Below are positions 8,625 to 17,039 of a DNA stretch of 30,378 bases, piece by piece. The stretch's first letter is position 1. Every line of letters starts with the position of its first letter. Origin of the DNA: a candidate division TM6 bacterium GW2011_GWF2_37_49 (GTDB lineage Bacteria > Babelota > Babeliae > Babelales > RVW-14). Under the pieces are notes generated by a model. The model did no database searches, was not told where the DNA came from, and was given only the letters and a program-made list of their open reading frames with translations. The translations under genes and the position numbers were made by a program. The stretch is taken from positions 1 through 30,378 of the forward strand of contig CAMATL010000013.1 of the NCBI GenBank assembly GCA_945861145.1, written 5' to 3'.

Positions 8625-9200
8625 TTAAACTTTAAACTGTTCTACGACTACGGTGTGCTCATCAACAACGGCTACCACTCGTACGTGAACAAAAGAATCA
8701 ATCTCAGCGCCTTCATGCGCTTTAGCAGCAAGTTCACGCGTCATACCACGCACTTCCACCTGCACCTTGCCATCTTCTGTAGCTGTGATGCGCTGGTATA
8801 CAATGGCTGGCAACCCAATCGCCTCTTCAATGCGAAACACGGTGCCATGACTGGTCACATGGGATGCGCCATAAAAAATGGCCCCAACAAGCAACATCAT
8901 GAAACAACCAGCCAACAATGCAAGCCCAAGCGTCAGCCCAAACGGGTAATCAAGCTGATGGCGCAACCCAAGACCAAGCAATCCAAACACCATTAAAAAA
9001 CCGGTAAGGGTGTGCAAGGTCAAAAATTTAAACGTTGGCTCAACATCTTCATGATGATGGTCGGCATCATCAGCATCACCAAATACACTGCCAGAAAGCA
9101 TCAACAAGCCGCGCAGAGCAAACAAGGTAACGCCGGTAATTGCGCATACCAAAAATATTAAATCGGCAGAGCCGTGAATAGAGCTTAGATAGGTGAACAT
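8625..9200 (-). CDS. NfeD-like membrane protein (short YuaF-type: TM helices + C-terminal OB-fold), partner of flotillin
   Basis: Hydrophobic N-terminal half. The C-terminal VFRIEEAIG...GKVQVEVRGMTRELAAKAHEG...VHVRVVAVVDEHTVVVE resembles the NfeD beta-barrel. Sits upstream of flotillin on the same strand. Confidence 0.7.
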   Translation of the reverse strand: MFTYLSSIHGSADLIFLVCAITGVTLFALRGLLMLSGSVFGDADDADHHHEDVEPTFKFLTLHTLTGFLMVFGLLGLGLRHQLDYPFGLTLGLALLAGCFMMLLVGAIFYGASHVTSHGTVFRIEEAIGLPAIVYQRITATEDGKVQVEVRGMTRELAAKAHEGAEIDSFVHVRVVAVVDEHTVVVEQFKV

Positions 9201-9438
9201 GGCTCACTCCTCAGGGAAAAAGAACCAAATTTATTAACAATAATGACGTTAAGCTATCGAAAATACTAACCCCTCGATGCCTTCGACAAGCTCAGGACTG
9301 TCGGGATATTTAAATTAATCGGGGCGATCGGGGTTGATTTTTATTTTATTAGCTCTTCAACTCCGAGCATGGTGAGTGTCCACCTAAGCCTTGGCGCAGG
9401 CTGGATGTATCGAACCATAAAATTCAAACGACCACCGA

Positions 9439-9466
9439 ATTCTATCAGGTGCTGGACAAAAGTCAA
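9439..9466 (-). promoter_or_regulatory. Near-consensus sigma70 promoter on the minus strand (TTGACT, 16-bp spacer, TAGAAT) reading toward the NfeD-flotillin operon; implies a ~230-nt leader
   Basis: Read on the reverse complement: ttgacttttgtccagcacctgatagaat. Confidence 0.35.
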
Positions 9467-9674
9467 CATCCTTTTTTGCCCATATTGCGCAATACATGGC
9501 GCATATGCCGCAACAACAACTCATTTAATGCACAGGCAGCAGATAACAGGCTAAGAGGTGCAACAAATAATCGTAATCGCGCCTGCCCGCGGGCAAAATA
9601 AATATTAATCGCAGGTTCAACCTTGAAGTGCATTGCAAAATACCAAGGGGCGCACGCCACTATATTTGACTGCG

Positions 9675-10514
9675 CTACTCGATATCAAAATCAAAATAAG
9701 TATCAGGGAATGGCTCATTATTGAGCGTGTAGTGCCACCATTCTTGCTCGTAAGCGCGAAAGCCCTGTTTTTCCATTTTAGTGCGCAGGTAATTGCGTTG
9801 AGTGGCGCACTCATCAGCTACCTTAGGGCTACTATGGTGTGATGCTTGATCCAAAAGATCCCAGCTTGAGCCCATGTCTACAGTGCCGTCATCAAGAAAA
9901 GGCAACGTCTCACAGCCTTTTACTGAACGAAGCGCAAAGATTGGTGCTTTGAGCTTGCCATCCACTTTGATTATTGAAAGGTCGATCGTGCTGCCGCGTG
10001 TATGGCCAGATTTTTTAGCAACATAACCACGGTCAAAAACATTTCTTTTATCGATTTTTGGGTAGTATTTTGCTTTCATTGCTTGGTCGTTTAAATCTTC
10101 GCTCCAGCGCATAAAGTGATTAACTGCTTTTTGAGGGCGATAAGCATCGTACACAACGAGGCTATAGCCATTCTCTAAGAGCTCTTTTTGAACCTTGCTC
10201 AGTGCTTGCGCCGCCTGCTTGGTTATGACAATACGAGCTGCTTTGTAACCGTCAACCCTTGCGCCAACAAAGTTTTCCGTCGAAAAATAACGCACTGATG
10301 CTTGTATGGTTTTATCCTGCTCATCCAGGTACACAAAGCCTTCTGGGATTGAAAAGCATGTGGCAGCAAAAACAGCAACAAACGCTACTGAGAGCTCAAG
10401 GCCGCGTAAAAACCTAATAATCATAGGATAATCCTTTCTTGATTTGTGCTTACCCATCATCATAGCCATGTCCTTAACCCTTGTACAACAGGGCTTGATC
10501 AACAAACAACTCAT
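9675..10514 (-). CDS. ddpX: D-alanyl-D-alanine dipeptidase, peptidase family M15D (VanX/DdpX-like), with an N-terminal signal or anchor sequence
   Basis: LVVYDAYRPQKAV, the zinc-ligand region SGHTRGSTIDLS and EQEWWHYTL all match the DdpX/VanX family. The true start may be the internal MIIRFL (hydrophobic leader). Confidence 0.8.
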   Translation of the reverse strand: MSCLLIKPCCTRVKDMAMMMGKHKSRKDYPMIIRFLRGLELSVAFVAVFAATCFSIPEGFVYLDEQDKTIQASVRYFSTENFVGARVDGYKAARIVITKQAAQALSKVQKELLENGYSLVVYDAYRPQKAVNHFMRWSEDLNDQAMKAKYYPKIDKRNVFDRGYVAKKSGHTRGSTIDLSIIKVDGKLKAPIFALRSVKGCETLPFLDDGTVDMGSSWDLLDQASHHSSPKVADECATQRNYLRTKMEKQGFRAYEQEWWHYTLNNEPFPDTYFDFDIE

Positions 10515-10745
10515 TTATTTCTTCTAAGCTCAATTGCTTAAAAATCTTCATGGCGACACTTTTTCTGCTTACCCTGAATTATATCAGGGACGGTGGCACA
10601 CTTCATCCTAGAATTTCCCTTTCATTATTGACTTTGCCCCTGCCATATTTCAAATTATTTTATTTTTGATTGCAAATAGAAATTAAAATAATGTAGGCTG
10701 AATAAATGAGTAATAGTTTTACTAAACCAAATCCAGGAGATATCC

Positions 10746-11096
10746 ATGAAGAACATGAACAAACTTTTCTTAATGTCTGCTCTTTTATTAGCAGCAAGTT
10801 CAACAAGTTACGCTGTAATGAATTTGCAACTCGATAATGATCGAGCTGAAGCTCTAACTGCACATTTTGCTCAACCTTTGGCCGATGGCCGAATGCACGA
10901 AGCTGTTAATGCCAACAGTCAAGAAACTGTTGAAGTTAGCAGCAAATGGCTAAACAATGAGGTTGTTGTTACTTGGAAAAATGCAGCTGGCGAAGTGAAG
11001 GATACGGATACTGTCCACTTCGACAATGCTAATGAAACTCTTAAATCTTCGTCTGATGATGACCAAGGCGACGGTCACGCAGACAAATTACGCTAA
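10746..11096 (+). CDS. Small secreted protein (116 aa), unknown function
   Basis: Signal peptide MKNMNKLFLMSALLLAASSTSYA. RBS ccaggagatatcc upstream. A terminator follows. Confidence 0.6.
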   Translation: MKNMNKLFLMSALLLAASSTSYAVMNLQLDNDRAEALTAHFAQPLADGRMHEAVNANSQETVEVSSKWLNNEVVVTWKNAAGEVKDTDTVHFDNANETLKSSSDDDQGDGHADKLR

Positions 11097-11137
11097 TCCA
11101 GCACCGTAATTTTTTTAATTCTAGATTAGAATTGTAG

Positions 11138-11169
11138 GGCCTTGGTTTTAAAAACCAAGGCTCTTTTTA
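11138..11169 (+). terminator. Rho-independent terminator
   Basis: GCCTTGGTTTT a AAAACCAAGGC followed by tcttttt. Confidence 0.75.
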
Positions 11170-11285
11170 ATTAGATCTCTTCCGAAACTTAAACTTTTAA
11201 TGTAACAGACTCAAATTCAAACTCTGCGTAACCTTCAGTTTGTGGTACACTGGATCAAACATGGCCATACAAAGAAGGATCTGGT

Positions 11286-12536
11286 ATGATTACGCGCGTC
11301 ACAGGGACTGAAGATTTACTTGATTTACGACTCTATAATTTTCTTATTTCTACAGCAAAAAAACATTTTGAGAGTTTTAATTTCAATGAAATAAGAACTC
11401 CAATCATCGAATACACACCATTGTTTGTACACTCGCTCGGCGAGCAAACCGACGTGGTCTCAAAAGAGATGTACGTATTCTTACAGGATCAAGAAAAATC
11501 AGTCTGCTTACGCCCAGAAATGACCGCATCCACTATTCGCGCTTGTTTTGAAAATCGCGTTGAGCGCTTCCCCTGGAAAGTGTTCTCATTCGGACCAATG
11601 TTTCGCCGCGAACGCCCTCAAAAAGGCCGTTTACGCCAATTTCATCAATTCAACGTGGAAATTATTGGCGCACAATCAATCATGCACGATGCACACTTAA
11701 TCAAAATGTTAGACACATTATTCAGCAAATCGCTTCAGCTTGAACATTATGTAATTAAAACTAATTTTCTCGGCTGCTTAAACGACCGTCAAACACATAA
11801 AGCTGCACTGATTGATTTTTTAAACCAACACAGCGCCAGCATTTGCGAGACCTGCCAAAAGCGAAAAGATGCCAACACGTTGCGCGTGTTTGACTGCAAA
11901 AATGCCGCCTGCCAAAAATTATATACCACAGCCCCCTTCATCATTCAGCACCTCTGTACCGGCTGCTCTGATGAATGGACAGCGCTGCAAGACCAGCTTC
12001 GCTTGCTCGGTGTAAACTCAATCATCGATAACGCATTGGTGCGCGGTCTTGATTATTACCAAAAAACAGTATTTGAATTTTCATCCAATCAGCTAGGCTC
12101 CCAGTCAGCATTCTGCGGTGGTGGTCGCTACCATCTTGGCAAAGAAGTTGGTGCAACTGAAGATTATCAAAGCGTCGGGGTAGGAATAGGCATTGAGCGA
12201 GTTCTTATGCTGCTTGAGCTCATTCAAGATAAGTTGACACTCGAAAACCCTCAGCGCCTGCACATGATAATCCCAATGACAACAGCTCAAGACACATTAG
12301 GATTATTATTGGCGCATGAATTGCGTCGTGAAAACTTGGCCTGCGACATTATCCTTGATAAAGCATCTGCCACCAACATGATGAAAAAAGCCAACAAGAT
12401 GAGCGCCGCCTGGGTACTACTCATTGGTGAAACCGAACAACAACAAAATACGGTTATGCTAAAAAATATGATGACCGGCGAATCAACGCCGGTCAAACAA
12501 GATGAACTGATCAAAAAATTAAAAGCTAATACTTAA
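11286..12536 (+). CDS. hisS: Histidine--tRNA ligase (class IIa aaRS with C-terminal anticodon-binding domain)
   Basis: N-terminal ITRVTGTEDLL, motif 2 FRRERPQKGRLRQFHQ, motif 3 GGGRYHLG, and a C-terminal anticodon-binding domain (AWVLLIGETEQQQNTVMLKNMMTGE). RBS AGAAGGA upstream. Confidence 0.9.
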   Translation: MITRVTGTEDLLDLRLYNFLISTAKKHFESFNFNEIRTPIIEYTPLFVHSLGEQTDVVSKEMYVFLQDQEKSVCLRPEMTASTIRACFENRVERFPWKVFSFGPMFRRERPQKGRLRQFHQFNVEIIGAQSIMHDAHLIKMLDTLFSKSLQLEHYVIKTNFLGCLNDRQTHKAALIDFLNQHSASICETCQKRKDANTLRVFDCKNAACQKLYTTAPFIIQHLCTGCSDEWTALQDQLRLLGVNSIIDNALVRGLDYYQKTVFEFSSNQLGSQSAFCGGGRYHLGKEVGATEDYQSVGVGIGIERVLMLLELIQDKLTLENPQRLHMIIPMTTAQDTLGLLLAHELRRENLACDIILDKASATNMMKKANKMSAAWVLLIGETEQQQNTVMLKNMMTGESTPVKQDELIKKLKANT

Positions 12537-12540
12537 TAAA

Positions 12541-13287
12541 TTAAGCCTTGCTCTCAATTAAAGGGTGCGCCGTAGCGCCCTCTTGAGGCTGTAGTTCTAG
12601 ATTTTCGTGATAACGGATATAGGCTTCAACCTGTAAAATCCGTTTGATCTGCGCTTGAAATCCAAAATTGTAACGTGAGAAGCTGATGTTTAAATCTTTA
12701 CGAATGCTTTTCACGTACTTTTTGATGAACCGAACTTTTTCTTTAATGTAGATGAAAAAATCATCCGGTTCTGACATCCAAGCAACTACTTGCCCCGGCA
12801 AATCATTTCCCATGAAAAGCCCGAAGTAGTTGATCTCGCTATCAATCTCAATAATAATATTGTCCAAAAGCCCTGCATACTGAGTCACGCTTTCTTCAGA
12901 TTTTCTGTACTCATCCTGATGGATTTGTACCTTACCTGAAGTTACCAAGGTGCCAACCTTCTCTTTGATAAAGAGGCTTTGGCGCATTGCTTCATCACGC
13001 TTTTGCAGTACTTCATTTTTCAATTCAATAAGGCATAATAATACATCTTCAACAAGCCGCTTATCACCAACAGTAAGAGGTTTAACCAGAATAATTTTTT
13101 TATTCGCCTTAGTTAAATTATCCAAAAAATGTTGGTACTCTTCTGTCGACAACGTTTTGAGTTGACGGTTAAGCTCAAGCGAATCTTCAACCAAAAGCTC
13201 TTGGTCTTGTACTGCTTCTTCAAAGCTTGAAGCATTTAATGCTTCTGAAGGTGTAGTGATCATGTCTTTATTTTCTAATTCCATCAT
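12541..13287 (-). CDS. Hypothetical protein (248 aa), Glu/Lys/Leu-rich, no recognisable family
   Basis: Clean ORF convergent with hisS, only 4 bp apart, with no intervening terminator. Confidence 0.5.
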   Translation of the reverse strand: MMELENKDMITTPSEALNASSFEEAVQDQELLVEDSLELNRQLKTLSTEEYQHFLDNLTKANKKIILVKPLTVGDKRLVEDVLLCLIELKNEVLQKRDEAMRQSLFIKEKVGTLVTSGKVQIHQDEYRKSEESVTQYAGLLDNIIIEIDSEINYFGLFMGNDLPGQVVAWMSEPDDFFIYIKEKVRFIKKYVKSIRKDLNISFSRYNFGFQAQIKRILQVEAYIRYHENLELQPQEGATAHPLIESKA

Positions 13288-13839
13288 GCTTCCAATCTCA
13301 CGGTAATTAAAAATGTTGACTGAAAAACAAGTTTATCTATGTTAAAAAAAATAGCAAAATCGAAAAATATTCTAAAAAAAACGCCGCATCCTTGACTTTA
13401 TCATTTCACAAGTTTGGTCAAATATTATTTTCCAATTGAAAAATATAAATCCAACTAATCTTACAAGAAAAGACGCTTGAACTCAACCCACAAATGCTTT
13501 CAAATAAAACCAATCATCCATGGCTGCCTTTGGTTAAAAAATTCAAACTGACAGTATTAACTTCTCTTAAAAAGAACCAATTCAACGACCCAATAGGCTC
13601 TTAACTAAAATACTAAATTGTTATCAACAACATTGTTGGTAACCTAATCGAGTGCTTGGGAAAGCCCTTGCCTAGAGAGCTTGCCTGCAATGTGTCCCAA
13701 AATTATACAGTTGCTTGCCCACCGACTAGCCCACTCTTTTAGGCAATGTTTACATAAAGTTTTTTTTTACGACACAACAGTAAAAAACCTCTTTAAAATC
13801 GATTAATTTTGTATACTTATCAAAAAACTTGCTGAAAGG

Positions 13840-15297
13840 TTGATCATGAAAACAGACTTAGGTTTTTCGTTCTTGCCGGTCACCTGCGACAGTGCAAAAA
13901 TAAATATCGGCTCTACATTCGTTGCATGCGATGGATCGCAGTTTCGCGGCATTGATTTTATACCACAAGCAATAAGAAATGGCGCTGCGCGGATCATTGC
14001 AGGCATACAATACACCCAAGAACTCGCAACTTTTGAACAACAATATCCACGTGTTATATTCTCATATACCTCAGACCCGCGCAAAGCGCTGGCCGAAGAA
14101 GCAGCCAAGGCGCACGGTTATCCAACAAAAAAGCTTCGCATTGTTGGTATCACAGGCACCAAAGGAAAAAGCACCATCACCCATCTCGTCGATCACATGC
14201 TGCGCACAGCAGGCCGCAAAACAGCACTGATCGGTGGTGTTGCAAATAAAATCTTAGATACGTCAATACCAAGCTCACTCACCACACCAAACAGTGATTT
14301 CTTACAAGCTTTTTTTGCTGCTTGCGTTGAAGAAGGTGTTGATACGGTAGTTATGGAAGTTTCATCCCATGCATTAAGTCTAGACCGCGTGCACAGCATT
14401 AAATTTGATGCGGTTGGTTTTACTAATCTGGCGCAAGATCATCTCGATTTTTATGGCACAATGGCAGCCTACTGCGACGCAAAACTATTACTTTTTAATC
14501 AACTTAAACCAACTGGCCATGCAATCATTAACCTTGATCATCCATGGGGGCAATATGTAGAAGAAGCCGCCAAAACGCAACTAAACCAGCAACAAATAAT
14601 CACGATCAGCAAGCAAAAACCAGCAACCGCCACGCTCGCTATTTTAGATAGCAGCCTTGCAGGCCTTGAGCTTTCAGTCACGAATTATTTACATGATAAC
14701 TCGCTGTATCTTACCAGTAGTTATCTTTTTGGCGCCCCCTATGCTTACAATATTGCCATGGCTGCACTTATTGGCCAGTCACTTGGCATTGCAGATGAAA
14801 TAATTACTCAAGCATTAACATCCTTCACTGGCACGCCAGGACGCTTACAACTCCATGTTTTAAAAAATGGTGCAAAAGCTTTTGTTGATTTCGCCCACAG
14901 CGGGCCTCCGATGGAAGCAGTCCTGCAGATGCTCAGGCCGCTCACCGACAATCTCATTGTATTGTTTGGCTGTGGCGGTGATCGCCCCAAGGAGCGACGC
15001 TTTTTAATGCCGCGAGCTGCGGCAGCCTTTGGTGATCATATTATTATTACAGAAGACAACCCGCGAACTGAAGACCGGTTACAAATTTTACGCGACATCG
15101 AAGCGAATATTCCGCCAGAAGCGCAACACAAAACACAAACGATCCAGGATCGCCGCCAAGCAATCGCAGCAGCCGTTAGCCTCGCCACAACACCGTCAAG
15201 CATTGTGGCCATCCTAGGCAAGGGTCATGAGCCATACCAAATCATTGGCACAACTCATCACCACTTCGATGATTTCGAAGAAATTAAAAATTTTTAA
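13840..15297 (+). CDS. murE: UDP-N-acetylmuramoyl-L-alanyl-D-glutamate--2,6-diaminopimelate ligase
   Basis: Mur-ligase P-loop GITGTKGKSTITHL and the MurE-specific DNPR motif (TEDNPRTED). Lies on its own, not inside a division-cell-wall (dcw) cluster. Confidence 0.85.
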   Translation: MIMKTDLGFSFLPVTCDSAKINIGSTFVACDGSQFRGIDFIPQAIRNGAARIIAGIQYTQELATFEQQYPRVIFSYTSDPRKALAEEAAKAHGYPTKKLRIVGITGTKGKSTITHLVDHMLRTAGRKTALIGGVANKILDTSIPSSLTTPNSDFLQAFFAACVEEGVDTVVMEVSSHALSLDRVHSIKFDAVGFTNLAQDHLDFYGTMAAYCDAKLLLFNQLKPTGHAIINLDHPWGQYVEEAAKTQLNQQQIITISKQKPATATLAILDSSLAGLELSVTNYLHDNSLYLTSSYLFGAPYAYNIAMAALIGQSLGIADEIITQALTSFTGTPGRLQLHVLKNGAKAFVDFAHSGPPMEAVLQMLRPLTDNLIVLFGCGGDRPKERRFLMPRAAAAFGDHIIITEDNPRTEDRLQILRDIEANIPPEAQHKTQTIQDRRQAIAAAVSLATTPSSIVAILGKGHEPYQIIGTTHHHFDDFEEIKNF

Positions 15298-15301
15298 GGA
15301 T

Positions 15302-16918
15302 TTATGACTCTAAAATTTTGAAACAACGTGCTTCATAATCCCAGATAACGATTACACGAGGAATATCAAATCTATCGTTATGCATGTCCCAATGAAGCAC
15401 CGTTGCATCGCCTTCTTCAAATAATTCTTTAGTGCCAAAATTTGTACCACGATCTTGAAACGAAAATTTTTGCGCCTTGTTAAGCCTCATCTCAAGAATG
15501 CCATCGCTCAATAATTTTGCTTGCATATGAATAGGCTCCTTATCTGGCATAAATTCAGTCCACACAAAAGCGCCCTTGTCATAATAAATTGGGGTTGTCT
15601 CTGGGAAACCATTCATGTAAAAGGCCTGTGCAACACTGGTACAAAACCAACCAAAAGGTAATCCTGCAAAGCAGATAGGTCCGGGTCTATCTTTCAATTG
15701 CACCACTAACTCTTTAACGGCAGTATTAATATTTGCAAGCACCTGCTCACGCTCATGTAGAAAAAATGGAAATACTGCGGCATTAAAAACGATAAGCCCC
15801 GCAAAGCACCAGGCTTTGGGTTTAAAAGGTAAATCATTTTCAAAAACAAGCAGAAGAATCGCTGCAACAAAAAAAAGTAGCGCTTCGTACATAAAGCGAG
15901 ACGTGTAAAATCGAATCACTGCCGGCCAAGCAAAGGCAATACTGCTCGCAAACAAAAACAGCACCATTGATTTTTTACGGCATTTAAAAAACAACCATAC
16001 TAAAAAAGCTACTACTAAAATTATCAACGATCCTTTACGTAAGCGGTTGCCACCACCTACAAATCCTAGATTGGTTAGATCAACAAGCCAAGTAACATAG
16101 TTCAAAAATTGATCTTTTAAGAAAGCAAAAAAAGCAAATCCAGGCTTAGTAACCCAGGTCAAATCGCCTTCTGATGATTTAAGAGGAAAGCGACTAACCC
16201 GCCAACCAAGATACCCAACAACAGGCACAAGCGCGCTCACGAATAGCCAAGCTTTATCTCGCACGCATCGCCAGTTCCAGATACACGCAAAGGCTACCCA
16301 TAACGGTAGTACCAGTATAGTTTCACGCGTTAAAAGAGAACAACAACTTAATACTATCATTGGCAGAAGTAGAAATTTATTACGAGATACTTCAAACCGA
16401 AGATACAACACAGCTATCAGCAGAGTGAAAAATAGTGCTAAAAGATGTTGCTGAGCCGTTGCCCACCCAAACCAATTCAACATAGATAAATGAAATAAAA
16501 AATACCCAGCACCCAGAGCGGCGACGCTTAATGAAAAATACCGCTTGAAAACAATCCACACGAGCACCGCATTTAAGCCATGCAGAAGGGATGAAACTAG
16601 TAAATAACCATAAGGAGAAAATCCAAAAAGAAGATATTGCACCCCATAAAAACCATAAAGTAATGGCCGGTACAATACAGCAAAAAATGACTGCTCCGGG
16701 GCTATATAATTAGAAGGCTGCATAAAAGTATGTAATCCAATCTCGGTAAAAAAATTACCTAACTCGCGCAAAGCTTCAATTTTACCATGCCACACAAGCC
16801 CAAAATCATCAACACCAAAACCCCATGAAAGATAGGGTAAGCCGAGAACAATTAATGCTATAGCCACTAAAAATATAGGTGCAATTTTTTGCATTTTTCT
16901 ACATTGAAGCAGTATCAT
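15302..16918 (-). CDS. GT-C fold membrane glycosyltransferase, PMT/ArnT-like (GT39/GT83-like), 538 aa
   Basis: About 11 predicted transmembrane helices and a first-loop acidic motif WGFGVDDFG, followed by a soluble C-terminal domain. AAAGGAG lies 5 nt upstream of the ATG. Paralogous to 29594..30378. Confidence 0.65.
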   Translation of the reverse strand: MILLQCRKMQKIAPIFLVAIALIVLGLPYLSWGFGVDDFGLVWHGKIEALRELGNFFTEIGLHTFMQPSNYIAPEQSFFAVLYRPLLYGFYGVQYLLFGFSPYGYLLVSSLLHGLNAVLVWIVFKRYFSLSVAALGAGYFLFHLSMLNWFGWATAQQHLLALFFTLLIAVLYLRFEVSRNKFLLLPMIVLSCCSLLTRETILVLPLWVAFACIWNWRCVRDKAWLFVSALVPVVGYLGWRVSRFPLKSSEGDLTWVTKPGFAFFAFLKDQFLNYVTWLVDLTNLGFVGGGNRLRKGSLIILVVAFLVWLFFKCRKKSMVLFLFASSIAFAWPAVIRFYTSRFMYEALLFFVAAILLLVFENDLPFKPKAWCFAGLIVFNAAVFPFFLHEREQVLANINTAVKELVVQLKDRPGPICFAGLPFGWFCTSVAQAFYMNGFPETTPIYYDKGAFVWTEFMPDKEPIHMQAKLLSDGILEMRLNKAQKFSFQDRGTNFGTKELFEEGDATVLHWDMHNDRFDIPRVIVIWDYEARCFKILES

Positions 16919-17039
16919 GCCACTCCTTTATTTAACAATAATTCGGCGCCATACCAACAGGATGCATTGCACCTTCTCCAAAAATTAGTATGCTCAGAAC
17001 GTTGCAAAGCACAAGGAAGAGTAATGAAGAGGAGAGGTA

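Noticed and set aside
9241-9660. Possible structured RNA gene (tmRNA, RNase P, SRP RNA, tRNA) in the GC-richer intergenic region
   Set aside because: I compared both strands with the conserved blocks of ssrA, M1 RNA and 4.5S RNA, and with tRNA T-loop consensus. No convincing match. Kept only as a promoter/leader observation.
11261-11300. Out-of-frame MAIQRR... upstream of hisS resembling E. coli HisRS MAKNIQAIRG, suggesting a frameshift
   Set aside because: The annotated frame itself (M-ITRVTGTEDLL) aligns to the canonical IxxVRGTxDxLP N-terminus and has a good RBS. The upstream match is coincidental.
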